34,141 nucleotides of DNA from Bacteroidales bacterium (GCA_035403765.1 DAONFU010000005.1:1-34141); one strand, 5' to 3'; positions 1-9,060 are shown, counted from the stretch's first letter. A program made the numbers and translations. Notes: generated by a model from the letters alone, not told the origin.

Positions 1-2
1 GG

Positions 3-1007
3 TTGGAGACGCTGGTTCATTATGGTTTTGTGATTCCTCATCACAAAACCATGCAGCACCTTACACAAAGTCATTTCCCATGTTTTGAGGTCAATCTGTC
101 GGAACAAACGCGCGGAAAACAGCTATGGGAACAACTTTTTAAATACCCCTTAAAAGGCCTTGGGTTATATTACTCGCCGCTTGGCAATACCAGTGAGTTG
201 GGCCAAGCCCTGGCTGTGTATCCCTACATTAATTTTTGCCTTACCCGTGGCAAAAAAGTCAACCTGTATTTTCGTGTGGCTGCCGGTCTGGGTTATCTGA
301 CAAAAAGATTTGATGCGGAAACTAATTACAAGAATATTGCCATTGGATCACACTTCAACGCCTTTATACAACTCCGCTATGAGCTGAGATGGCATATAAC
401 CGACCGGCTGGGCTTTTCGGCCGGCATATGTATTTCGCATTTTTCCAACGCGTGTTTTAAGGTCCCCAATTTTGGCATCAATGTTCCCACACTGAATATG
501 GGGTTTTCGTACCGCTTAAACAAAACACCGGCTGCGATAATAAAAAACGAAATACCCCCTGCCGACAAAAAATGGCAGTTTTCGATTTTGGGCAGTTTTG
601 GTGTAAACGAGTTGGCGGGGCCGGGCGGCAGAAAATACCCTTATTACTGTTTGAGTGGATTTTTTATGAAGCCGGTAAGACTGAAGCGGCAATTTGGCGT
701 CGGTCTGGATGTATATTACAGCGAAGCGCTTGGAACTCTGGTGCAGCGCAGCGATAGTGTGTCGAACATCAAATATCAGGCTATCAGACCGGGTGTAAGC
801 TTCGCTTATATCATGAACTTTGGACGGCTTTCGTTCGTGGCCCAATTAGGTGCCTATCTTTACACTAAAGAAAAAACCGATGGCTATATCTGGGACCGGG
901 TGGCGTTGCGTTATACGGTAAAAGAGCATTATTTATTCCAAATGGGACTGAAAACACATCTTTCCAGGGCCGAAGTGCTGGAGTTGAGCGTGGGATATAA
1001 ATTTTGA
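3..1007 (+). CDS. PagL-like lipid A deacylase / acyloxyacyl hydrolase family outer-membrane protein (5' end runs off the window)
   Basis: The ORF is open to the window edge. The motif ICISHFSNACFKVPNFGINV resembles the His/Ser catalytic region of the PagL family. The sequence has a beta-strand-like alternating pattern and an aromatic C-terminus (GYKF) typical of OM barrels. Confidence 0.55.
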   Translation: METLVHYGFVIPHHKTMQHLTQSHFPCFEVNLSEQTRGKQLWEQLFKYPLKGLGLYYSPLGNTSELGQALAVYPYINFCLTRGKKVNLYFRVAAGLGYLTKRFDAETNYKNIAIGSHFNAFIQLRYELRWHITDRLGFSAGICISHFSNACFKVPNFGINVPTLNMGFSYRLNKTPAAIIKNEIPPADKKWQFSILGSFGVNELAGPGGRKYPYYCLSGFFMKPVRLKRQFGVGLDVYYSEALGTLVQRSDSVSNIKYQAIRPGVSFAYIMNFGRLSFVAQLGAYLYTKEKTDGYIWDRVALRYTVKEHYLFQMGLKTHLSRAEVLELSVGYKF

Positions 1008-1436
1008 TTATTGCCCGTAGTCCTGGTCTTTTTGCCGCACTCCGTTTTCGTCCCAAAATTTCCAGATGCCGGTTTTTTTGCCGTCCTGGTATTTTCCCTC
1101 AAAATGTTTGTTTCCGTTTTCGTGGTAGGCAGTGCGCAACCCGTTATCAAGGCCGTTATTAAATGATCCTTCGCTCCATGTGTTGCCGTTTTGATACCAG
1201 CTGGTCCATTTGCCTTGGCGTTTGCCGTTTTTGTATTCTCCTTCCATGTATTTCTGATGATTGGAATAATACAGTGTTTCCTTAAATAATATGCGTTGAT
1301 CTCCATCATCCTTATAATAACGCACCATTTTGGGCGAACCGTCGGGATATGTTTCGATGGTATCCTCCACAATTTTAGTAGTACAGCCCTCGCATAAAAA
1401 AGCAAGCAGCGCCAGCATCAATATCTTAATTTTCAT
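1008..1436 (-). CDS. MORN-repeat (YwqK-like) lipoprotein
   Basis: The internal ATG at 1436 gives MKIKILMLALLAFLCEGC, a signal peptide plus lipobox Cys. Repeated G-x-Y-K/Q-N/D-G-K-x-x-G-x-W units (YKNGKRQGKWTSWYQNG, KYQDGKKTGIWKFWDENG) are typical of the MORN variant repeat. The first 60 nt of the tracked ORF overlap the upstream gene and were trimmed. Confidence 0.7.
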   Translation of the reverse strand: MKIKILMLALLAFLCEGCTTKIVEDTIETYPDGSPKMVRYYKDDGDQRILFKETLYYSNHQKYMEGEYKNGKRQGKWTSWYQNGNTWSEGSFNNGLDNGLRTAYHENGNKHFEGKYQDGKKTGIWKFWDENGVRQKDQDYGQ

Positions 1437-1446
1437 AGTACAGCGA

Positions 1447-2190
1447 TTACTTGGCCTTTTCGGGTTCGGCAGCTCCTGCTGCTGATTTTTTTTCATATTC
1501 TTTATTCAACAAATTCAGAATATCATTGGTTATATCAAAGGCCTGATTGACAAACAGCAATCCGCCGCCATAGGATTTTTCAAAAATAAAAGTAAAATTT
1601 TTGGTTTTGTTGTATCGGGCAATGACGTTTACTATAGTGTCGTGCACCTCCATATTGCGCTTCAGTTTTTCCTCCTGTAACTGCATTGCCAGGTTGGATT
1701 CCAGTTCCTGTATAGCCATTTGTTCTTTAGACAGCTCTTCTTCTTTTTTCTTTTGTTGGTCGAGTGTCAACAGGCCGGCGGTAGCTCTTTTGATGTAATC
1801 ATTATACTCTTTTTCAAAGCCTTTGGCTCTGGCAGTATATTGATTTTGGAGGTTTTTTTCAAAATTGGCCAGCTCAACCTGAACATCAAGCACAAAATCA
1901 TAATCCTGCATCAAGGTATCGGTGTTTACGTATGCAAACGATATATTGTCAATGGTTGGAGGAGTACTATTTGTTGCCGAATTTTCTTTGTTGCGGAAAA
2001 ACAAAATAAACAAAACGATGACACCTGCCAGCGCCATAATGCTTATAGCTGTTAACGTATACTGGAGTGCATTGCCTGATTTTTTTTGCGAATCGGACGT
2101 TTCTGTGGGCTTGTCTTGTGGAAGTTTGGTGTGTTCATCAAGAAAGGCAGGAATTGCATCCTGGTTTTCATTTCGTGTTTCTTCGTTCAT
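1447..2190 (-). CDS. OmpH/Skp-like periplasmic chaperone family protein with an N-terminal membrane anchor
   Basis: ATG at 2188-2190. One hydrophobic segment (LTAISIMALAGVIVLFILFF) is followed by a long Lys/Glu/Gln-rich coiled-coil region (ELANFEKNLQNQYTARAKGFEKEYNDYIKRA...QQKKKEEELSKEQ) characteristic of OmpH family proteins. It lies 21 nt downstream of recQ on the same strand. Confidence 0.7.
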   Translation of the reverse strand: MNEETRNENQDAIPAFLDEHTKLPQDKPTETSDSQKKSGNALQYTLTAISIMALAGVIVLFILFFRNKENSATNSTPPTIDNISFAYVNTDTLMQDYDFVLDVQVELANFEKNLQNQYTARAKGFEKEYNDYIKRATAGLLTLDQQKKKEEELSKEQMAIQELESNLAMQLQEEKLKRNMEVHDTIVNVIARYNKTKNFTFIFEKSYGGGLLFVNQAFDITNDILNLLNKEYEKKSAAGAAEPEKAK

Positions 2191-2211
2191 TATTGTTTTT
2201 TTTTAATTTTA

Positions 2212-4407
2212 TTAATTACCAACTTCAGATAAGAATTTCAGTCGGACCAGCCGTATTTCTTCCTCGGAAAATTCTTCTTCGCCGAGCTCTTTTAAGGCGT
2301 CTTCCACCGAATCCGTTTCTGCTTCATAAAAATATTCATATATTTCTTCCTGGTGATAAGGCTCGACATACTCTTCAATATAGTAGTTGATATCAAGCTT
2401 GGTGCCAGAGGCCACAATACTTTCGAGTTCTACCAGTAGTTCTTCGATAGTCAGGTTTTTGGCATTGGCAATATCTTCCAGGGGTATTTTACGGTCAATA
2501 TTTTGAATTATGTACACTTTCAGTCCGGATTTATTTACGACAGATTTGACAATCATGTCCATGGGCCTGATAATTTCATTTTCCTCCACATATTTTGCTA
2601 TCAGGTCCAGAAAGGGCTTTCCGTACTTTTGTGCTTTGCCTGCGCCCACTCCCGTTATTTGCAACAATTCATCCATTTTGATGGGGTATTGTATGGCCAT
2701 ATCTTCGAGGGAAGGGTCCTGGAAGATGACAAAAGGCGGCAGGTTTTCTTTGCGGGATATTTGTTTCCTAAGGTCTTTCAATAGGGTGAACAGTGTTTTA
2801 TCAGCGGTGCTGGTTTTTCCTCCGCCGGCAAAAAACTCATCTTCCTCCGCAGAGTCGTAGTCGTGGTCCATTGTAAGCATGATAGTTTCCGGTTCATCCA
2901 GAAATTTCTCCCCTTCTTTGGTGATTTTTAGAATCCCGTAGTTTTCAATATCTTTGCTCAACAGCCCATTGACAATAGTTTGGCGAATTACTGCGGTCCA
3001 GAATTTTTCATCATGGTCGGCGCCTTTGCCAAAGACGCTCACTTTGTGGTGTTTGAAAGATTTTACCTGGGCTGAAACTTTGCCGACAATAATGTTCACC
3101 AAATGTGCGCCCTTACATTGTTCCTTAGTTTCCATAACGGCTTCCAATACTGTTTCTACGTAAGCGGTACCGTCAAATTTTGTTTTCGGATGCAGGCAGT
3201 TATCGCAACACTGGCAGTTTTCTTCCTCATAAACTTCGCCGAAATAATGCAGCAGCAATTTTCGTCTGCACACCGAAGATTCGGCATAGGCTATAGTTTC
3301 CATGAGCAGTTGTTTGGCTATTTCCTGCTCGTTGACCGATTTTTTCGAGGTAAACTTTTCCAGTTTCTGGATGTCTTCATAAGCATAAAAAGCAATACAG
3401 TTGCCCTCGCCATCATCGCGTCCTGAGCGGCCTGTTTCCTGATAATATCCTTCGAGGCTTTTGGGCATATCGTGATGGATAACATAGCGCACATCGGGCT
3501 TGTCGATACCCATGCCAAAAGCGATGGTTGCCACGATCACATCAACCTCTTCCATCAGAAATTTATCCTGGTTTGCTTTGCGTATTTCCGATTCGAGGCC
3601 GGCATGATAGGGCAGCGCCTTGATTCCATTGACCTGAAGGGTTTCTGCAAGTTCTTCCACTTTTTTGCGGCTGAGGCAATAGATGATTCCTGATTTGCCG
3701 ATGTTGCTTTTTACATATTTTGTGATGTCGCGCTGTACGTCCTTGGTCTTTGCCCTTACTTCATAGTATAGGTTCGGGCGGTTGAACGACGATTTGAAGA
3801 GGCCGGCATTCATCATGCCCAGATTTTTTTGGATATCGTGTTGCACCTTAGGGGTGGCCGTGGCGGTTAGCGCCATCACGGGAACTTTTTTGCCGATAGC
3901 TTTAACGGTGGGTCTGATATTGCGGTATTCGGGCCGGAAATCGTGACCCCATTCCGAAATACAGTGGGCTTCGTCGATGGCGTAAAAAGAAATTTTGAAC
4001 TGTTTAAAAAATTCAATGTTTTCTTTTTTGGTGAGCGTTTCGGGGGCAACATACAGCAGTTTTGTTTTTCCCGCAAGCAGGTCGGCTTTCACATCGGTCA
4101 TTTCCTGCTTCGAGAGAGAAGAGTTTAAAAAGTTTGCGATCCCTTTGTCCACGCCAAAATTCCGGATATTGTCCACCTGGTTTTTCATGAGCGAAATAAG
4201 TGGCGAAATGATAATAGCCGTTCCTTCGCTTATAAGGGCGGGGAGCTGATAGGTGAGCGATTTACCTCCCCCCGTAGGCATGATAACAAATGTATCCTTG
4301 CCGTCCAGCACATTTTTAATGATGGCTTCCTGATTTCCCTTGAACGTGTCGAACCCGAAAAACTCTTTAAGAACTATATGTAATTTATCTCCTGATTTTT
4401 CTTTCAT
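2212..4407 (-). CDS. recQ: ATP-dependent DNA helicase RecQ
   Basis: 731 aa. It has a Walker A-like motif (MPTGGGKSLTYQLPA), DEAH box (AIDEAHCISEWGHDFRPEY), helicase motifs (TATAT, IVATIAFGMGIDKPDVRYVIH, QETGRSGRDG), a RecQ zinc-finger Cys cluster (CRRKLLLHYFGE...CQCCDNC) and a C-terminal HRDC-like region. Confidence 0.95.
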   Translation of the reverse strand: MKEKSGDKLHIVLKEFFGFDTFKGNQEAIIKNVLDGKDTFVIMPTGGGKSLTYQLPALISEGTAIIISPLISLMKNQVDNIRNFGVDKGIANFLNSSLSKQEMTDVKADLLAGKTKLLYVAPETLTKKENIEFFKQFKISFYAIDEAHCISEWGHDFRPEYRNIRPTVKAIGKKVPVMALTATATPKVQHDIQKNLGMMNAGLFKSSFNRPNLYYEVRAKTKDVQRDITKYVKSNIGKSGIIYCLSRKKVEELAETLQVNGIKALPYHAGLESEIRKANQDKFLMEEVDVIVATIAFGMGIDKPDVRYVIHHDMPKSLEGYYQETGRSGRDDGEGNCIAFYAYEDIQKLEKFTSKKSVNEQEIAKQLLMETIAYAESSVCRRKLLLHYFGEVYEEENCQCCDNCLHPKTKFDGTAYVETVLEAVMETKEQCKGAHLVNIIVGKVSAQVKSFKHHKVSVFGKGADHDEKFWTAVIRQTIVNGLLSKDIENYGILKITKEGEKFLDEPETIMLTMDHDYDSAEEDEFFAGGGKTSTADKTLFTLLKDLRKQISRKENLPPFVIFQDPSLEDMAIQYPIKMDELLQITGVGAGKAQKYGKPFLDLIAKYVEENEIIRPMDMIVKSVVNKSGLKVYIIQNIDRKIPLEDIANAKNLTIEELLVELESIVASGTKLDINYYIEEYVEPYHQEEIYEYFYEAETDSVEDALKELGEEEFSEEEIRLVRLKFLSEVGN

Positions 4408-4714
4408 TACCTTACCAATTTATTTTATGTAAATATACGCAAATTTCGTCTATTTGACAATATTTTTTTCAATTATATTACGAAATTATAAAAATTTATT
4501 AGTAATCAAAAAAACTTTATTTATTTGTGTAGTCTTTTAGGTTTTAAGTTTTTTTCTTTTTTTACTTCCGGATTGTTTTTTGTTTATAACACAAAAATAA
4601 AAATTGTTTCATTAGAAAAAAAATTTTTAAAATTTTGGGGAAGTTAGGAATTAAATTGTTCACGAAAGATTAAAATCAAGTTCAAAAAATTTCAATAGGA
4701 ATTGATAAGTTCCT

Positions 4715-4811
4715 TCTATAAAACTTTGGATTTTTTTGTTACCTGCCTACCTGCATGGCAGGCTCGCTCCCACAGCTGCAATCCGCCAATTGGCTGACTC
4801 GTGAACCTTCA
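4715..4811. repeat. Copy A of a ~90 bp hairpin-containing repeat; inverted partner at 12422..12510
   Basis: A 28-nt block, aactttggatttttttgttacctgccta (4722..4749), is identical to the reverse complement of 12476..12503. The match continues imperfectly through ggcagg..cgctcccacagc..ccaattgg..gactcgtgaac.ttca. Confidence 0.8.
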
Positions 4812-4840
4812 TAAATTCATTGTTTTATATCCAGTTTGTG

Positions 4841-4848
4841 TATATTTG
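4841..4848 (+). promoter_or_regulatory. Candidate Bacteroidota -7 promoter box (TATATTTG) for the GT2 operon
   Basis: Matches the TAnnTTTG consensus 43 nt upstream of the ATG at 4891. It sits between the arms of a perfect 14-bp inverted repeat (4804..4817 and 4852..4865). Confidence 0.3.
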
Positions 4849-4890
4849 CAAAATTTATGAAGGTTTGTATCATATTTTTTCATTTTCAAA

Positions 4891-5598
4891 ATGGTAAAAG
4901 TTGCGGTCATTGTTCCTGCTTATAACGAAGAAAAAGCTATTGCTGGTGTTGTAAATGGAATAAACGCTGTTGATCCCGGCACAGATATTTTTTTGGATGT
5001 CATTGTCATCAATGATTGTTCTGTTGATCAGACGGCCCCGATAGTTTCTGAACTCAAATGTACGCTGCTCGACCTGCCGGTCAACACTGGCATTGGCGGG
5101 GCGGTGCAAACCGGGTTTAAATTTGCCTTTGAAAATAATTACGATTATGCCATGCAGGTGGACGGTGACGGACAACACCCCCCGGCAGAAATACCGAAAC
5201 TTATTCATGCTATTATTGAAAAAAACCTGGATGTGGTCATCGGTTCACGGTTTTTAGAAAATAAAGGGTTTCTCTCCACTTTTTCAAGAAGGGTGGGTAT
5301 AGTGTTTTTCAAACACCTGATTCAAATGCTCTGTGGCATCAGGATTACGGATGCCACTTCCGGTTTCAGGATCGTCAATAAAAAGGTGCTTTCCCTTGTC
5401 AGTGAACAATATCCTGATGAATACCCGGAACCCGAATCTATTATTTTATTATGGAAACATAATCTTAAAATAGGGGAAGTTCCCGTTCAAATGCGTGAGA
5501 GGCAAGGTGGCCAGTCCAGCATAAGGGCTTTTAAATCTTTATATTATATGGTCAAGGTCAGTCTTGCGATTTTCTTTAAATATCTTAAATCAAAATAA
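4891..5598 (+). CDS. Family 2 glycosyltransferase, polyprenyl-phosphate sugar synthase type (Dpm1/GtrB/ArnC-like), without C-terminal TM helices
   Basis: VAVIVPAYNEEKAI, INDCSVDQT and QVDGDGQHPP (DxD region) are hallmark GT2 / GtrB-Dpm1-like motifs. At 235 aa it is short and has no evident membrane-spanning segment. Confidence 0.85.
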   Translation: MVKVAVIVPAYNEEKAIAGVVNGINAVDPGTDIFLDVIVINDCSVDQTAPIVSELKCTLLDLPVNTGIGGAVQTGFKFAFENNYDYAMQVDGDGQHPPAEIPKLIHAIIEKNLDVVIGSRFLENKGFLSTFSRRVGIVFFKHLIQMLCGIRITDATSGFRIVNKKVLSLVSEQYPDEYPEPESIILLWKHNLKIGEVPVQMRERQGGQSSIRAFKSLYYMVKVSLAIFFKYLKSK

Positions 5599-5603
5599 AA
5601 TAT

Positions 5604-5978
5604 ATGGAAAACGTAGTACCAATTAAAATTCAAATCATCAGCATTGCTATGAGTATATCCTTTTTGATATACATCGGGCGCCTCATAATAAAAGGCAAAC
5701 TCCGCGAGGAATATGCCATATTCTGGATCATCAGTACATTGGTCCTTATTACATTTTCAATTTGGAGAAACGGGCTGGATATTATTTCAAAAATGCTGGG
5801 GGTATATAATGCGCCCAATTTAGTGTTTACAGTAGCCATTTTTGGCATCTTCATTTATTTAATTCATTTGTCCCTGGTAGTTTCAAAGCTCCATGATAAA
5901 AATAAAAAACTTTCTCAGGATATCGCTTTGCTTAAAAATAAACTTGAAAAAGAACTAAAAGAAAAGATTAACGAATAG
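5604..5978 (+). CDS. Small integral membrane protein (DUF2304-like) with a C-terminal coiled-coil tail
   Basis: 124 aa with about four hydrophobic segments, then KLHDKNKKLSQDIALLKNKLEKELKEKINE. It starts 6 nt after the GT2 stop and ends 4 nt before the radical SAM start. Size, topology and GT2 adjacency fit my recollection of the DUF2304 family, but this is unverified. Confidence 0.55.
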   Translation: MENVVPIKIQIISIAMSISFLIYIGRLIIKGKLREEYAIFWIISTLVLITFSIWRNGLDIISKMLGVYNAPNLVFTVAIFGIFIYLIHLSLVVSKLHDKNKKLSQDIALLKNKLEKELKEKINE

Positions 5979-5981
5979 GCC

Positions 5982-7418
5982 ATGAATTTCAACAGGCGGA
6001 ACATATATTTTTTATATCCTCCTATTTCAAAATTTGAAAGATACTCCTCCGAGATAGGAAATGCAGGCGGAGAACAAATACCTTTAGGTATTTATTACCT
6101 TGCTTCCTATTTGCGTCAGTTTAACTACAATGTAAAAGTATGCGATGCAGAATCGAACAAAATGAATTCCGCCCGGATCATTGAAGATATAAATAAATTT
6201 CAACCGGCCTATGTTGGGATCAGTTCAACCACGGTGGCGTTCCACAGGGCCCTGGAAGCGGCAAAAGAAATCAAAAATAATTTCCCTGAAATTATAACAA
6301 TTCTTGGCGGGCCGCATGTATCGGCTAACCCGGAACATGCCATGCAATATAAGGAGTTCGACTTTGGCGTACTTCATGAAGGGGAATATACCCTGGTAGA
6401 TTTGCTGGATTCTTTATACAATGGGAAAGAGCACCTGAATGTCAAGGGAATTATTTTCAGGAATAAAGACGGGAAGATAATACAAAACCCCAAAAGAGAA
6501 TACATTGAAGATCTGGACTCGCTGCCCTTTCCCGCTTATGACCTGATAGAAGACATTTCATTATATACGCCTGACCCATCAAATTACAAAACACTTCCTG
6601 TAATAAATATGATGACGAGCCGGGGATGCCCCAATCAATGCACTTTCTGTGATAATAATATCTTCGGGAGAAAATACAGGCAGCGGTCTGCCGAAAACAT
6701 CGCCGCTGAAATCAAATACCTGCGCAAAAATTTTGGCGTTCGTGAAATAGCTTTTGTTGATGACACCTTCCTTATTGATAAAAAACGGCTTTATAAACTG
6801 TTCGAGATACTTGAAGAAGAAAAGATTTCGATTTTCTGGACTTGTTTGAGCCGTATCAATAATACCGATTATGAGTTTCTGAAATTTTTGAAATCAAAAG
6901 GTTGCTGGCATATTTCTTTCGGAATAGAATCGGGAGATGAGAATATTCTTAAGCTAATCAAAAAGAATATTTCCCTGGATAAAGCTGTCGAGGTAATAAA
7001 CTGGTGCAAAAAACTTAAAATTAAAACGAAAGGATTTTTCATTCTCGGGCACCCTACTGAAACAATGGAGACTATAGAAAAATCCATCAAACTTGCCTGC
7101 AGGTTAAAACTCGATAATATCATAGTTACCCTGAATACCCCGATAGCAGGTTCACAACAATTCGAAGAAGCCGGCAGGTATGGAAGTCTGGACAAAGCCA
7201 ACTGGGAAGAATTCAATTACTGGAGGCCGGTATTTGTTCCCACGGGACTGACAAAAGAAATTCTCTTAAAAAAACACCGTGAATTTTATCGCAGGTTTTA
7301 TTTGCGGCCGCGTATAATAATGCAATATTTTTTCAGCTTTTTCGGGAAAGGCGGATTAAAAAGGTTTCTCACTACCTTTCGGGCAAGTTTTTATATTTTT
7401 AAGAAAAAATCAGAATAG
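5982..7418 (+). CDS. B12-binding domain radical SAM protein (class B radical SAM family)
   Basis: CxxxCxxC cluster motif in MTSRGCPNQCTFCDNNIFG. The N-terminal ~150 aa form a Rossmann-like segment (VKVCDAE...YVGISSTTVAF...ILGGPHVS) typical of the cobalamin-binding domain fused to radical SAM cores. Confidence 0.85.
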   Translation: MNFNRRNIYFLYPPISKFERYSSEIGNAGGEQIPLGIYYLASYLRQFNYNVKVCDAESNKMNSARIIEDINKFQPAYVGISSTTVAFHRALEAAKEIKNNFPEIITILGGPHVSANPEHAMQYKEFDFGVLHEGEYTLVDLLDSLYNGKEHLNVKGIIFRNKDGKIIQNPKREYIEDLDSLPFPAYDLIEDISLYTPDPSNYKTLPVINMMTSRGCPNQCTFCDNNIFGRKYRQRSAENIAAEIKYLRKNFGVREIAFVDDTFLIDKKRLYKLFEILEEEKISIFWTCLSRINNTDYEFLKFLKSKGCWHISFGIESGDENILKLIKKNISLDKAVEVINWCKKLKIKTKGFFILGHPTETMETIEKSIKLACRLKLDNIIVTLNTPIAGSQQFEEAGRYGSLDKANWEEFNYWRPVFVPTGLTKEILLKKHREFYRRFYLRPRIIMQYFFSFFGKGGLKRFLTTFRASFYIFKKKSE

Positions 7419-7438
7419 AATATATTCCCCGTTGTCGC

Positions 7439-7921
7439 TCACTGATTTGATTTTGCCCATGCGAGGTTGTTTTTTGCCAACTGAAAATCAGGGTCTATTT
7501 TCAAGGCTTTTTCGCAGGCTTCCGCACCTTTATCATACATTTTCATGGCATTGTAAGCCGAGCAGATATTATTGTAGGCTGTGGCATTCTGTGGATTCAG
7601 TTCCAGCGCTTTTTGACTTGCCTGGATGCACTCTTTGAACATATTATTATTATAATATTCCATGCTTAAATTAATGTAATTGCTTTCGGAAGGCCGTGCT
7701 TTAGCCAGGTCTATTGCTGATTGTAATTTTTCTGCGGGGGAGAACGCCGTATTGTTATCAACATTGGCTGAATCGTGCACGGGGGCCGAGAGATCCTTAT
7801 TTCGGATAAAGTAATTCCAATATACAAGATACAACATGGGAAGAATTATTAAAACCGCGATAATCCATTTGGTGGATTTCAGTTTTGTGTCAGATTGCTT
7901 GCTGTTTACTGGTTTGCTCAT
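7439..7921 (-). CDS. Membrane-anchored TPR repeat protein
   Basis: ATG at 7919-7921. One N-terminal TM (WIIAVLIILPMLYLVYW) is followed by two TPR units (NYINLSMEYYNNNMFKECIQASQKALELNPQNATAYNNICSAYNAMKMYDKGAEACEKALKIDPDFQLAKNNLAWAK). The C-terminal module is paralogous to the C-terminus of 9044..11149. Confidence 0.8.
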   Translation of the reverse strand: MSKPVNSKQSDTKLKSTKWIIAVLIILPMLYLVYWNYFIRNKDLSAPVHDSANVDNNTAFSPAEKLQSAIDLAKARPSESNYINLSMEYYNNNMFKECIQASQKALELNPQNATAYNNICSAYNAMKMYDKGAEACEKALKIDPDFQLAKNNLAWAKSNQ

Positions 7922-8001
7922 GTTTTTTTGTTTAAGTGATTTGTACCTTAAGTGATAAACATGTGAGTGTTATAATCCACTCGATGCCCAACTCGGGTTT
8001 C

Positions 8002-8244
8002 CTATTGCCGACACCATATTTTATTGATTGATTTATTGGATTTGTAATACAGATCATTCAGGTCCGTGTTGTAGTTTCGCAGATAATCAAGGAATCTTGG
8101 GCCATTGTATAAATGGTTAGGCCCGTCCTGGGTTGTAAAATACTTGGTTGCTAATACGGGAAACAGGATGACCAGGACTAATTTAACATAAAGAAGCGGA
8201 TCAATTTTACGATACAATTCTGTAAGATTACCATTATTGTTCAT
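8002..8244 (-). CDS. Hypothetical small protein with one hydrophobic segment; possibly the N-terminal remnant of a larger membrane protein
   Basis: The only evidence is an ORF from the ATG at 8242-8244 (MNNNGNLTELYRKIDPLLYVKLVLVILFPVLATKYF...). I recognise no family. Confidence 0.25.
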   Translation of the reverse strand: MNNNGNLTELYRKIDPLLYVKLVLVILFPVLATKYFTTQDGPNHLYNGPRFLDYLRNYNTDLNDLYYKSNKSINKIWCRQ

Positions 8245-8479
8245 CGGGCTTATTATTTGCACAGAGCAATGATATCAATCATTTCTCAAAGATATAAAAA
8301 AGAACTTGTTTCGATAAAATAATATTATTTTTACAATCTGGATTAGGCGAAAAAATCGTTCATAAAATAAAAATTCATTATTTTTAGTAAGGGTTTCAAA
8401 TAATAATTTTGAAATAGTTTTTAAACGGAGTATTTGACTGATTTTTTAATATTTTTGCCCGTGAAAAAAATTAAATCAA

Positions 8480-9060
8480 ATGGAACAAGGCGATAAAAAT
8501 ATTGATTTCAATGAAGTCGATGGAAAAAGTTCTGCTCCTGAAAACAAAAAAAAGAATTATTTCCACATGATTATGACCGGTATTTTGCTTTTATTTCCTT
8601 TTATTTTTTTATTTTGGTTTTTATATGCAGGTAAGGGCGAACTTAAGGAGGAGCAAAAGTCCGCAACGACATCAGTAACGCAAACTACACTAACCACGCT
8701 AACAGCAGAACAACATTTGGTAATGCAATGAAAACCGCAAAAACAGACTCCTCTGAAGCAGCATTGGCAGACCTTAGATTGGCATATATAGATAATGAAA
8801 TGTATAAAGAATGTATAGAAACACTCAAAAAAGTTATTGCTCTTAATCCCCAAAATATGATTTCTCTGAATAATCTTGGGTTTGCATATGGGGTCATAAA
8901 AGATTGGAATAATAGAATAAAATAGTGCCAAATGGCTATAAAACAGAATCCTGATTTTCAATTAGCAAAAAACAATCTTAAGTGGATGCAGGATGAAAAG
9001 CAAAAAGCTGGGAATTATTTATTAATTTTAAAACAGGACTTCCATGAAAACCTGGTTTAA
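8480..9060 (+). pseudogene. Decayed paralogue of the membrane-anchored TPR protein (one frameshift plus one in-frame TAG)
   Basis: ORF 8480..8731 encodes a TM anchor ending ...LTAEQHLVMQ*. ORF 8728..8925, in another frame, continues the alignment to 7439..7921 (AMKTAKTDSSEAALADLRLAYIDNEMYKECIE versus AIDLAKARPSESNYINLSMEYYNNNMFKECIQ). After the TAG at 8926-8928 the same frame still reads CQMAIKQNPDFQLAKNNLKWMQ, matching CEKALKIDPDFQLAKNNLAWAK. Confidence 0.65.

Noticed and set aside
4804-4865. Invertible (phase-variable) promoter of the Bacteroides type
   Set aside because: The segment between the inverted repeats is only 34 bp, far shorter than known invertase-driven promoter switches, and no site-specific recombinase is nearby.
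8926-8928. TAG read-through or stop-codon reassignment
   Set aside because: TAG is used as an ordinary terminator elsewhere in the window, for example by the radical SAM gene (stop at 7416-7418) and mlaF. The same gene also carries a frameshift, so pseudogenisation explains it.
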